Part shown: one piece after another, positions 46,316-55,250 of the stretch
Position numbering within the stretch: the first letter of the stretch is position 1
How the letters are laid out: each line of letters begins with the position of its first letter
Virus record (IMG/VR): IMGVR_UViG_3300023174_000045
Location: 1-64,000 of that record
DNA length: 64,000 nt
Reading direction: 5' to 3' (one strand)
Translations under genes and position numbers: made by a program
The notes under the pieces: model-generated
Told to the model about the DNA's origin: nothing
Databases searched by the model: none
Seen by the model: only the letters and a program-made list of their open reading frames with translations

Positions 46316-47229
46316 TTTCAACATACAACGAGTGGGATCCACTGAAACGAATTGTGGTAGGTCGAGCAGACACGGCCAATTGGCCCATCAACGATCCTGT
46401 GTTCAAGAACGAGGGCGATAAAACCACTTGGAAAGAAACACCTGTGCCGTCAGGACCTGTAGACCAATGGATCATTGACGAAGCCAACGAAGACCTTGAA
46501 ATATTGACTCAAACTTTGCAAGGTCTAGGTGTAGTAGTCGAACGTCCAGATCCTTGTCTAAACTTTCAAACACATGACGGACTCAGTGCCTACTGCCCCC
46601 GAGACCGCTTGTTGGTGTATGGTTCAACCATTGTGAACCCTGTGATGATGTACCCTTGCCGGGACATGGAAGCACAGTGCTACTATGACATCATTGATGA
46701 AGCTGAACACTATTTGCACATGCCCAGACACGAAGGCATGGTGCTGGAAGCAGCCAATGTGTGCAGACTCAATGACTCATGGTTGGTGCTGGAGAGCTCA
46801 GGATGCAACGCCGCTGCCTTGGCCTGGCTACGTGTGCAGTTTCCAGATGTCAAGATAGAATCTTGCAATTTCTATGCTGGCGTACATATTGATTCAACCA
46901 TTGTACCCATACGTGAAGGGCTTGTGCTGTTAAATGGTACTAGAGTAAATGAATCCAACTGTCCCAAAGTATTTGAGAACTGGGACAAGATCTATGTGGA
47001 TGATGTTGTGGCACAAGGATTCCACAATTATCCATATGCATCAAAATGGGTGGGCATGAACATGCTGGCTGTGAGTCCCGATACTGTGATCATGGATCGG
47101 AACCAAACCAACCTAATTGCCCAGCTAGAACAACGAAACTTCACAGTGATTCCGTTGGAATTGCGCCACAGTCGCACCTTGGGTGGAGGTTTTCACTGTG
47201 TTACCTTGGATTTGGTGCGATCAAATTAG
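46306..47229 (+). CDS. amidinotransferase (glycine/inosamine-phosphate amidinotransferase family)
   Basis: NEWDPL, CPRD, HIDST, N(M)L.VSP, RTLGGGFHC(V)T. Confidence 0.88.
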   Translation: MGMISTYNEWDPLKRIVVGRADTANWPINDPVFKNEGDKTTWKETPVPSGPVDQWIIDEANEDLEILTQTLQGLGVVVERPDPCLNFQTHDGLSAYCPRDRLLVYGSTIVNPVMMYPCRDMEAQCYYDIIDEAEHYLHMPRHEGMVLEAANVCRLNDSWLVLESSGCNAAALAWLRVQFPDVKIESCNFYAGVHIDSTIVPIREGLVLLNGTRVNESNCPKVFENWDKIYVDDVVAQGFHNYPYASKWVGMNMLAVSPDTVIMDRNQTNLIAQLEQRNFTVIPLELRHSRTLGGGFHCVTLDLVRSN

Positions 47230-47258
47230 TTGACCAATAAACACAATTCATGTATACT
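47230..47258 (+). promoter_or_regulatory. early sigma70 promoter (leaderless uvsE)
   Basis: TTGACC-N17-TATACT; ATG 6 nt later. Confidence 0.8.
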
Positions 47259-47264
47259 ACACAC

Positions 47265-48293
47265 ATGAACACACCTCGAATTGGCTTTTGTTGCAAATGG
47301 CTCAATGACCCCAGTGAAACTGGCGGCATGAAGGTCAATGCAAAGGACCGTGACTTAAACGGCAGATCAACCACCATGCGATGGCTGCGAGAACACGCAG
47401 ATGAAGCCGAGCAACGTCAGTGGGACATTATGAACCACAATGCTGCCGCGGCTGTACGACTGATTGAACGTGTGGGCACACTGCCACCTGAACGGCGCAT
47501 GGTACGTCTGGGTAGCGAAATGCTACAAGGCTACACTGAACCAAGCTGGATTGACTGGTGGCAACGACCAGAGATCCAAGAACACTGTGCAAAGATCTTT
47601 GCTCCTGTAGGTGAAGCCGCAAGACGACTGGGTGTGCGTATATCTTTCCATCCCGGACAGTTCTGTGTACTGGCCAGTGAGTCAGATGAAATTGTTCAAC
47701 GCAGTATTTTAGAATTTGAATATCATGTGGACATGGCTCGTTGGATGGGCTTTGGTGCTGGCTGGCATGATCATGGTTTTAAAATTAATGTGCATTTGTC
47801 AGGCAAAGGCGGGCCTGCCAAGTTCCTACGCACTCTGGGCAAACTTACCCCAGAAGCAAGGAACTTAATCGCTATTGAGAATGATGAGATAAGCAATGGT
47901 TTGGACGTTACTCTTGCTGTGGCTGATAGTGTGGCTCTTACTCTGGATATTCATCACCATTGGATCAACACCGGAGAATATATTCAACCCATGGATCCAC
48001 GTGCTCAACGGGTTGTTGAGTCTTGGCGTGGTGTGCGCCCTGTTTGTCACTACAGTGTTAGCCGTGAAGATGTTGTTATGGGACACAGTACCTTTGTTAG
48101 ACCCGACTTATCAGCACTACTCAGTCAAGGTTACAAGAAACAAAAGCTAAGAGCACATTCTGATTTTATGTGGAACACTGCTGTGAATGACTGGGCTTTG
48201 CAATTTGCTGGTCAGTGGGACATACAGGTCGAAGCCAAAGGCAAAAATCTTGCCAGCGAAATGTTATACAACCAATGGAAAGCCAATGCCTGA
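47265..48293 (+). CDS. uvsE: UV-damage endonuclease
   Basis: RIGFCC, RLGS, SFHPGQF, IENDE, LDIHHH, HYS, RAHSD, VEAKGK. Confidence 0.92.
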   Translation: MNTPRIGFCCKWLNDPSETGGMKVNAKDRDLNGRSTTMRWLREHADEAEQRQWDIMNHNAAAAVRLIERVGTLPPERRMVRLGSEMLQGYTEPSWIDWWQRPEIQEHCAKIFAPVGEAARRLGVRISFHPGQFCVLASESDEIVQRSILEFEYHVDMARWMGFGAGWHDHGFKINVHLSGKGGPAKFLRTLGKLTPEARNLIAIENDEISNGLDVTLAVADSVALTLDIHHHWINTGEYIQPMDPRAQRVVESWRGVRPVCHYSVSREDVVMGHSTFVRPDLSALLSQGYKKQKLRAHSDFMWNTAVNDWALQFAGQWDIQVEAKGKNLASEMLYNQWKANA

Positions 48294-48576
48294 TATTTTA
48301 ACTGGAATTTTTAAATGGATACAAGATGATTATCGCACTAATCGCTTTAGGTTTGTTGTTGAGCTCTTGGCTTGGTCTATCAGTATTGGCTGCTCAATTA
48401 CCATGGCACTCACCGTACCAACCCCTCCTCTTTTGTACATGTATCCTGTGTGGATCAGTGGTTGTGCCATGTATGCTTGGGCTGCCTACTCTCGAAAGAG
48501 TTTTGGCATGCTGGCCAACTATATCTTGTTGACAACAATAGATTCAGTTGGCCTAGCCCGGATGCTGTTAAACTGA
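48286..48576 (+). CDS. small multi-pass membrane protein
   Basis: Three hydrophobic segments. Confidence 0.7.
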   Translation: MPDILTGIFKWIQDDYRTNRFRFVVELLAWSISIGCSITMALTVPTPPLLYMYPVWISGCAMYAWAAYSRKSFGMLANYILLTTIDSVGLARMLLN

Positions 48577-48909
48577 TTTCTTTTTGGCAGGTGCTTTTTT
48601 AGCGGCAGCTGGTTTGGCTGCCGTTTTCTTGGCAGCTGGCTTTTTAGCAGGTGCTTGTTCCACAACTGGTGCAGGTGCTTCTACACGATTTTCACTGCCT
48701 GTAGGCTCTGCGGGTGCCACTGGTGCAACATCGGCAACTTTGACGTGAATTTTGCCCTCACCGACTTCACCGCCGGGAAATGGCCAAGAAGTTTTTGGCT
48801 TGGTTGCGGCGTCCAAAGGATGTGACCCATCAGACTTTTCTTTGTTCATGGTTTGGTATGCCCAATATCCTGCAACGCCCAAAACTGCAATAATGATGAT
48901 AATTTCCAT
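48568..48909 (-). CDS. membrane-anchored protein with Lys/Ala/Pro histone-H1-like tail
   Basis: N-terminal TM; PAKKPAAKKTAAKPAAAKKAPAKKK. Confidence 0.75.
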   Translation of the reverse strand: MEIIIIIAVLGVAGYWAYQTMNKEKSDGSHPLDAATKPKTSWPFPGGEVGEGKIHVKVADVAPVAPAEPTGSENRVEAPAPVVEQAPAKKPAAKKTAAKPAAAKKAPAKKKSV

Positions 48910-48966
48910 TGTAAATCTCCTATGAAATATTTAGTAGTCATTTACTAAAAAAGAATAAAAAAAATG

Positions 48967-48995
48967 TTGCACTGCCAGGTAAATAATGCTACAAT
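48967..48995 (+). promoter_or_regulatory. sigma70 promoter with embedded TAAATA for phasin-like pair
   Basis: TTGCAC-N17-TACAAT; TAAATA at 48980-48985. Confidence 0.7.
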
Positions 48996-49059
48996 AGATC
49001 AACAAGATGCCGCATGGGGCGGGTCTTGTATCTAGTAACTCGCTGTCAAGGAGAACACG

Positions 49060-49365
49060 GTGATCAAGCAAGCAAGTCTAACCATAGACACAATACAAAA
49101 TGGTAAAAAACAGTTTATCGACAAGTACATTGACAATCCAATCTTGAACAAAGCCTGGCACAATTTTGTGGCCAAACAAACGGCTTTTTGTCAAGCCGCA
49201 CTGGAAACTCAATTGGAAATGGTTTCTGAAGTCAGCAAAACGCTGATGGACACCAAAGTACGCAAATTGGTAAACCCATTCAACATTGACTGGTTCGATG
49301 CTGGCTGGGAAGCACTGGTTCAACAAAGCATAGCCGAAACAAACAAGGAGAAAAAACATGTTTAA
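49060..49365 (+). CDS. phasin-like helical protein
   Basis: IDTIQNGKKQFI...FVAKQTAF pattern, paralogous to next ORF; SD AAGGAG. Confidence 0.5.
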   Translation: MIKQASLTIDTIQNGKKQFIDKYIDNPILNKAWHNFVAKQTAFCQAALETQLEMVSEVSKTLMDTKVRKLVNPFNIDWFDAGWEALVQQSIAETNKEKKHV

Positions 49366-49621
49366 TTCTGTAATCGACACTGTGCAAACTGCACAAAAAA
49401 CTTTCATCAATACCGTTGTCACCAACGAAGAAATCGCCAAGCCCATGATCCGCATGATCGATGCACAAAGCGAAACTGCCAAATTGACTGCCAAGGCCAT
49501 TTTGGACATCACCACCACCATGGCATCGGCCACCACTGAAAAAGTGCAGGAAGCAATGAAGTTCGACTTCACCAAATTTGCTGACACATTCAAGCCAGCA
49601 ACTGCCACTGCCAAAAAGTAA
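49358..49621 (+). CDS. phasin-like helical protein
   Basis: IDTVQTAQKTFI...MIDAQSETAK; amphipathic helix; SD AAGGAG. Confidence 0.55.
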   Translation: MFNSVIDTVQTAQKTFINTVVTNEEIAKPMIRMIDAQSETAKLTAKAILDITTTMASATTEKVQEAMKFDFTKFADTFKPATATAKK

Positions 49622-49642
49622 TACTCAAGTACTACTTTTGAT

Positions 49643-49666
49643 AACCCTGCTGAGTGCAGGGTTTTT
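49643..49666 (+). terminator. intrinsic terminator
   Basis: AACCCTGC/GCAGGGTT plus T-run. Confidence 0.75.
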
Positions 49667-49667
49667 C

Positions 49668-49696
49668 TTGACCAGAATTTGCCGATCTGCTATAAT
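49668..49696 (+). promoter_or_regulatory. early sigma70 promoter
   Basis: TTGACC-N17-TATAAT. Confidence 0.85.
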
Positions 49697-49702
49697 TTGG
49701 AC

Positions 49703-49939
49703 ATGAAAACAAAAAAGGAGAACAAAGTGGAAGCATTCGTAACAGTAGCAGACATGATAGCGGCATTGAGTGCATTGCCCCCAGACGCACAATTAGTAGT
49801 GACCGAAAGCGGTTATTACAGTTATGGTGAGTTGTCCCGTTTATGCTTGCCCGAAGCTTACACCATGGACGGAGACGAGGATGACATTCCCCGTGGCACC
49901 GTGGTGTATCGCATTGGTCACAGCCACCAAAGTTATTGA
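49703..49939 (+). CDS. early hypothetical protein
   Basis: ORF after promoter; TVADMIAALSALP.DA. Confidence 0.7.
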   Translation: MKTKKENKVEAFVTVADMIAALSALPPDAQLVVTESGYYSYGELSRLCLPEAYTMDGDEDDIPRGTVVYRIGHSHQSY

Positions 49940-49943
49940 TTGG

Positions 49944-49972
49944 TTGACTAGTAATCGCCAATCTGCTATAAT
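49944..49972 (+). promoter_or_regulatory. early sigma70 promoter
   Basis: TTGACT-N17-TATAAT. Confidence 0.85.
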
Positions 49973-49978
49973 TACATC

Positions 49979-50128
49979 ATGAAAACACTCAGCTTCACTC
50001 TACAACTTCCTCGCCAGCGCCGTCGTGCGGTGGAGTTGTACAGCCGTGACACTCCGTTCAAGCCAAAAGTTGAACGGTCAAAGACAGTGTACAACCGCAA
50101 AGCCAAACATCGGAACCGTGATGAATAA
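49979..50128 (+). CDS. 49-aa basic peptide, ArfA-like (not in ORF track)
   Basis: MKTLSFTLQLPRQRRRAVELYSRDTPFKPKVERSKTVYNRKAKHRNRDE; leaderless. Confidence 0.55.
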   Translation: MKTLSFTLQLPRQRRRAVELYSRDTPFKPKVERSKTVYNRKAKHRNRDE

Positions 50129-50369
50129 ACTTTTAGCAGTGTTATTGACTGTGACTGTGGTTGGCTGTGCAAGTCAACCATATCGTCCACCCCTGGACAT
50201 CAGTACAATACCCAATGACTGCGGCAACAGAAATTCTATCACGGCCTGGCTGGAACGTCAGGCCGCCATCCCACCACAACCCATGGAATCCAATGAAGAC
50301 TACACAAGAAGTCGTGGACAAATTCGCTCGCGTATTTGGAGTCTGCGTTATACTTGTCAGCCTGTGTAG
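50121..50369 (+). CDS. small lipoprotein
   Basis: MNKLLAVLLTVTVVG-C lipobox. Confidence 0.7.
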   Translation: MNKLLAVLLTVTVVGCASQPYRPPLDISTIPNDCGNRNSITAWLERQAAIPPQPMESNEDYTRSRGQIRSRIWSLRYTCQPV

Positions 50370-50595
50370 CGGATGTGCCACAGGTACACCAGCGGCGCGG
50401 CCTATGCTGGCTGAGGATCTCAATCATTTTCAAGTCGATTGTCGAATCAAAGATCAACAACGAGCTTTTTTAGAAAGCATGCGACTCACTCGAGAGGATG
50501 TGTTTTTTAACCGGATGAATGTTTTTGAAGAAAAATACGGAGACGTTAATTCAAAAGTCAACTTCTATTTGTTTCACCTGAGGTACTGCCCATGA
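50293..50595 (+). CDS. small lipoprotein
   Basis: ...VILVSLCSG-C lipobox. Confidence 0.55.
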   Translation: MKTTQEVVDKFARVFGVCVILVSLCSGCATGTPAARPMLAEDLNHFQVDCRIKDQQRAFLESMRLTREDVFFNRMNVFEEKYGDVNSKVNFYLFHLRYCP

Positions 50596-51152
50596 AAAGA
50601 TTACTAGCCCTTGCACTTATTCCTGCCACTGTGCTGGCCGGTGAATGTGTGCTACAAGATCGCACAGTGAGTCGTTCAGCTGTGACCATCTCAGAACGTA
50701 GCAAGATCACACCTGAGGTTGTGCCCAGCATCAACAACGGCAAGACATGCATGGTGTCATTCCGTGTGCGCATTGGCTCAGACTGGCACAGTGCGCATGG
50801 CGAATATGAGTGGGCAGGTGACCGTCCCCGAGAAGAAGCCTGTGCTGTGGCGGTGAGTCGTGCCGAAGATGAAGTACGTGCTCGAGTGGGTCGAACTCAA
50901 ACTGTGAGTGAAAAGACCATGATATGCAGTGATCGTCCAGACTTGGATGCATTGCGTAGCACCAATCCAGGAACCATTGCTGAACTGCATCAGTTCAGAC
51001 CGCATCCAGACTTCCCTCGAGAATTTTGGCACAATGGTGCACCTTGTAGATATTTTTTGGACAGTGCATACATTCGGACGGATGTGCGTACCTTTCAAGG
51101 AGTGATTTGCAAAGTACACGACTCAAAATGGGTTGTGGTGGATAAATGGTAG
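50592..51152 (+). CDS. secreted Cys-containing protein
   Basis: Signal peptide MKRLLALALIPATVLA; paired Cys. Confidence 0.7.
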   Translation: MKRLLALALIPATVLAGECVLQDRTVSRSAVTISERSKITPEVVPSINNGKTCMVSFRVRIGSDWHSAHGEYEWAGDRPREEACAVAVSRAEDEVRARVGRTQTVSEKTMICSDRPDLDALRSTNPGTIAELHQFRPHPDFPREFWHNGAPCRYFLDSAYIRTDVRTFQGVICKVHDSKWVVVDKW

Positions 51153-51181
51153 TTGACCAATTATTCACTTTGTGTTAAACT
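51153..51181 (+). promoter_or_regulatory. sigma70 promoter
   Basis: TTGACC-N17-TAAACT. Confidence 0.75.
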
Positions 51182-51212
51182 TGTGTTATTGTAAACTGTT
51201 CAAAGGAACATC

Positions 51213-51923
51213 ATGAAAAAAGTATTTGCGATTTTGCCCTTGGTAGCGCTTGTGGCGTGTAGTTCAATCAAGCCTGCACCTATTGGCCAGGCCCCAGTAG
51301 TCAGTGCTCCGGTGGTATTGCCCACAGAGCAATACGACAATCGTGTGGCAGTGGCACAGGTCAATCGGGAAGCACAGGTCAATCAATCTATCACACAGGC
51401 TCCTGCGTGGATGACCAAATTGCCAGAAAGCAATTCAGCAGTCTACGCCAATGGCTCGGCAGTGAGCTCAGACATGAGCATGGCTGACTACAAGGCCAAG
51501 TTATTTGCATTTGGCAAGATCTGTATGGCAGCCGGTGGTAAGGTCAGTCAGCAGGCCAAAGTGTTCATGCAAGACACCACAGAAGCCAGCATGGAAATTT
51601 CTGAATTGGCCATCAAGTCAATGTGTCCAAGTGTAGACATCACAGGTGTGGAAATCAAAGAGATCAAACGCATTGCTGAGGGCGGTAGATTCCGCAGTTA
51701 TGCATTGGTTGTATTGCCCACAGGCGACGCCAATGTACTGCAACGCCGCAAAGATGTGCTCAAGCTGAAAGATCGTGCTGATCAACGCAGTGTAGAGGTG
51801 TTCAAAGAAATGGACAAGAATGCTGAGCCAGCGCCGGTAAAAACCACACCAAGTGTGCAGTTGTATCCTGACACAATTTCCTCCCCAGGAGAACGTGTTG
51901 TGATCAAGGAAACGCTGAACTAA
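51213..51923 (+). CDS. lipoprotein (LPP20-like)
   Basis: LVALVA-C lipobox; QAPAWM...YANG...D.SMA..KA. Confidence 0.65.
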   Translation: MKKVFAILPLVALVACSSIKPAPIGQAPVVSAPVVLPTEQYDNRVAVAQVNREAQVNQSITQAPAWMTKLPESNSAVYANGSAVSSDMSMADYKAKLFAFGKICMAAGGKVSQQAKVFMQDTTEASMEISELAIKSMCPSVDITGVEIKEIKRIAEGGRFRSYALVVLPTGDANVLQRRKDVLKLKDRADQRSVEVFKEMDKNAEPAPVKTTPSVQLYPDTISSPGERVVIKETLN

Positions 51924-51940
51924 TAAACGGCGTATAAATA

Positions 51941-51964
51941 AAAGCGGCTTTCGGGCCGCTTTTC
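51941..51964 (+). terminator. intrinsic terminator (UUCG loop)
   Basis: AAAGCGGCT-TTCG-GGCCGCTTTTT. Confidence 0.8.
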
Positions 51965-51973
51965 TCACCTTAT

Positions 51974-52543
51974 ATGAACACAGAAAACGAAACAATCCAA
52001 ACTCACAGCCAGGCTCTGCAAGAAAATGGCATGTATGTTTTCATGGGCGAAGTCAACAACGAAAACATCGCACCCATTGTGGAATGGATCTTGCACGAAA
52101 ACTTTGTGGTCAAAAAGAAACGCAAAGAATTGCTGTTGATGATTTGCTCGGAAGGTGGTGACATGGGTGCTGCCTTTGCCCTGATAGATGTCATGCGTAG
52201 CAGTCTCATACCTGTCAAAACAGTGGGGCTAGGCATGATAGCCAGCGCAGGCCTGTTGATCTTTATTTCTGGCACTCCAGGACGCAGGGTGCTCACACCC
52301 AATACGTCAATACTGAGCCATCAATTCTCCTGGAGCAATGAAGGCAAGGCACATGAACTGTTTGCCACCATGCGAGAGTTTGAACTCACCCAACAACGCA
52401 TGTTGGCGCACTATCAACTGTGTACAGGATTATCGGAAGATGAAATTAGGAAGAACTTGTTGCCACCACATGACATTTGGCTATCGGCAATAGAAGCCAT
52501 GGGTCTCAAAGTGTGTGACCACATTTCAGAACTTGTACGTTAA
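51974..52543 (+). CDS. divergent ClpP-family protease subunit
   Basis: ICSEGG, GMIASAG (catalytic Ser), SHQ (His), D.WLSA.EA. Confidence 0.8.
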   Translation: MNTENETIQTHSQALQENGMYVFMGEVNNENIAPIVEWILHENFVVKKKRKELLLMICSEGGDMGAAFALIDVMRSSLIPVKTVGLGMIASAGLLIFISGTPGRRVLTPNTSILSHQFSWSNEGKAHELFATMREFELTQQRMLAHYQLCTGLSEDEIRKNLLPPHDIWLSAIEAMGLKVCDHISELVR

Positions 52544-54141
52544 CTGCCGCGGCGTTCTCTGCCCAGTACTTCGGCAGTCATCTGTGGCTGTGTGGGTTTT
52601 CTAGCTGCCTTCACACCTGGACCAGTTAATCTACCAGCAGGCGCTTCAGCCGGAGTAACAGGGGATGCCGGGGCAGGCGCCGCGGCAACAGGAGTTTGCA
52701 CTACACCCAATGGAGCAGGAGGTTTTACTGTAGTTGTTGCTAGTTTATCTAAAAAAGTGCCGCCCTCGATAATTGTTCTAACTACATTACCAGCTGGACT
52801 AAAATAACTTCTTGCTTTGAATAGCAAATTGTCTTTGACATTTTTGATAGGTTGACCATTTATGCTACCAGTGACTTGGATACCAAGACCATTAGCAGTA
52901 GGCTCACCAAAAAGATCAACCTTCTGTAACGCATCGGTAAGTTTAGAATCAATTCTAAGCAATTCGTAACCGGGACTTCCGGGACTGGTGAGTAATTTAA
53001 CAACGTCGATGGTTTCGCTCTGGCCGGTTTCAGGATTGAAGTTATTAGAATATCTAATCAGTCCATTGGAAATACTTGTTACTAATTCTTTTTCTTTTTG
53101 TACACTAGCACCGCCAGTTAATTTCAGTATCTTGGGAATAACTAATGTGGACCAAATTCCTTGTAATGCTTTCATATGGGATTCATTATCAGTACCCCAC
53201 ATTGTTTGATATTTAGATACATCTACGCCAAATACGGTTTTGAAAAAATTGACTTGTTTTTGCCAATCATGCCCACTAGCTTGTCCAAGTTGACTTGGCC
53301 CAGTTTTAGCACTAATAAGATTGACACGTTCGCCATCTATGCTCATGACCAAATCGGCCTTTGTGCCTTTTTGATCACTAATACCATCACAAACAACTTC
53401 AATCATGTTGGTATTTGGATCATTGGCTGTTTTTTCAATACCAGCATCAATTTTTTGTGCATTGTTGGCATATTCCAAAGCTGATAAAATTGTTCCTTTA
53501 ATGTCATCGGGCAATGCATTTGCGTCAGACATGAAATTCATAAATTCTCTAACACTGCGACCTGGTGCCAAAACAGTAATTGTTACTTCATCCGCTTTGC
53601 CGTTGCCATGAACAAATGGACTAGACCATGACATTTCTAAACTATTTCCCACTTCGCCTTTTTTATTAAATGATTGGTCAACTGTCATCTGATTGGACAA
53701 TAATACAAAATCATTGAAATCAGCAACATCACCACCAACAAAAAATCTTGCACCAGCAGCAACTCCCAATGCAATTTCTCCAATGTCTCCAATGTTATAA
53801 TCTTGTTCAACCCCTTTGACTTCTTTGCCTTTGTCAATCAAGGTCAACGGAATTGCAGTACCATCTTTGGTTATTAATTTAGGAAAGTCCTGGATATCCA
53901 TGTAACCACTTTTATTTTTGGTATCTTTGTACTGCGCCAACAACTGTTTTAATTCACGGGCTACAGATTTTTTAAATATTGCAGCCTCGCCATATTTTGC
54001 ATGGGCACTTCCCACAAGAGGGACAGGTTTGTCATTTGAAATCAAATCTATTAAATTTTGCAAATATTGCGGGCGTAATTTAGATGGTTGAAGAGACGCT
54101 TCAGCCAGTACATTATCGAGTAAATTGAGTAAATCGCGCAT
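52540..54141 (-). CDS. hypothetical protein, possible PD-(D/E)XK nuclease with virion-targeting N-terminus
   Basis: GEIALG, TKAD...ISAK motif; AT-rich, inverted between the two clpP genes. Confidence 0.45.
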   Translation of the reverse strand: MRDLLNLLDNVLAEASLQPSKLRPQYLQNLIDLISNDKPVPLVGSAHAKYGEAAIFKKSVARELKQLLAQYKDTKNKSGYMDIQDFPKLITKDGTAIPLTLIDKGKEVKGVEQDYNIGDIGEIALGVAAGARFFVGGDVADFNDFVLLSNQMTVDQSFNKKGEVGNSLEMSWSSPFVHGNGKADEVTITVLAPGRSVREFMNFMSDANALPDDIKGTILSALEYANNAQKIDAGIEKTANDPNTNMIEVVCDGISDQKGTKADLVMSIDGERVNLISAKTGPSQLGQASGHDWQKQVNFFKTVFGVDVSKYQTMWGTDNESHMKALQGIWSTLVIPKILKLTGGASVQKEKELVTSISNGLIRYSNNFNPETGQSETIDVVKLLTSPGSPGYELLRIDSKLTDALQKVDLFGEPTANGLGIQVTGSINGQPIKNVKDNLLFKARSYFSPAGNVVRTIIEGGTFLDKLATTTVKPPAPLGVVQTPVAAAPAPASPVTPAEAPAGRLTGPGVKAARKPTQPQMTAEVLGRERRGS

Positions 54142-54192
54142 TGGTGTTTTCCAAGAATTATGCTATACTTATGCAATCAACAAGGAGACCCT

Positions 54193-54777
54193 GTGCCAAA
54201 TTTAGTACCCATAGTTTTAGAACACACCATGAAAGGTGAACGCAGTTACGATATCTACAGCAGATTATTACGAGATAGAGTGATCATCATGGACGGCGAA
54301 GTCAACTCAGCTACCAGCAGTTTGATCACTGCACAGTTGTTGTTTTTAGAGGCAGACAATCCGGACAAAGCCATCAGCTTGTACATCAACAGTCCGGGCG
54401 GCAGTGTCACAGCAGGCATGGCCATTTACGACACCATGAACTTTATCAAACCAGACATTCACACCATTGTGATGGGACAGGCTGCTTCGATGGGTAGCCT
54501 ATTGGCCACAGCAGGTACCAAGGGGCATCGTTACATACTGCCCAATGCCCGACACATGATTCACCAACCCTTGGGCGGAGCATCAGGACAGGCCACTGAT
54601 GTGGAAATTCAAGCCCGAGAACTGTTGCGTTGGAAAAAGGTATTGACTGATATCTATGTACAGCATACCGGCCGGGACTTTGAAACCCTGCGCACTGACA
54701 TGGAACGTGACAACTTCATGACTGCACAGGAAGCAGTTGACTATGGCCTAGCCGACAAGGTCATAGACAAACGTTAA
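54193..54777 (+). CDS. clpP: ATP-dependent Clp protease proteolytic subunit
   Basis: DIYSRLL.DR, YINSPGG, GQAASMG, MIHQP, RDNFM...EA.DYG; GTG start with SD AAGGAG. Confidence 0.95.
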   Translation: MPNLVPIVLEHTMKGERSYDIYSRLLRDRVIIMDGEVNSATSSLITAQLLFLEADNPDKAISLYINSPGGSVTAGMAIYDTMNFIKPDIHTIVMGQAASMGSLLATAGTKGHRYILPNARHMIHQPLGGASGQATDVEIQARELLRWKKVLTDIYVQHTGRDFETLRTDMERDNFMTAQEAVDYGLADKVIDKR

Positions 54778-55250
54778 TCTATGGGCCAGATCCAGCCCAT
54801 GTTTTCCAGTTGATGTATCCAGGAAAACACAGGAGCATCAAACTTCAACTGCCATCTGCCATTCCACCCCAGATGTGTTTCCCCGGCTTGAACAGGATTC
54901 GGTCGGGGATTTTGCTGACTGTACCAGGGTTCAGGAAACACAGGCTCATACGTGGCCAGCCAGTTAAAACGCGGCAAGTGTATGCCATTGATTCGCACAG
55001 CACCAATGGTGATGTATTTGTCCAAGCCCTGATCAGGCACACAGTCAGCATCAGTTTTGTTCAGCAGATCCACAAACACTGAATGTGTCCCAGGTGTTAG
55101 ATCAAATGCAAATCTCAAGGTACACAGTTGACTCAAGGTAATGTGATTGATCACTGTGTTGTCATGACCATATGCAATACGTGGAGCATCCTGATGATAC
55201 GTGGGAACAACATCTATTTCAATGTCAGTTTGATATTTTTTCATATCCAT
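54774..55250 (-). CDS. hypothetical protein coupled to radical SAM gene
   Basis: Overlaps the radical SAM stop. Confidence 0.65.
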   Translation of the reverse strand: MDMKKYQTDIEIDVVPTYHQDAPRIAYGHDNTVINHITLSQLCTLRFAFDLTPGTHSVFVDLLNKTDADCVPDQGLDKYITIGAVRINGIHLPRFNWLATYEPVFPEPWYSQQNPRPNPVQAGETHLGWNGRWQLKFDAPVFSWIHQLENMGWIWPID

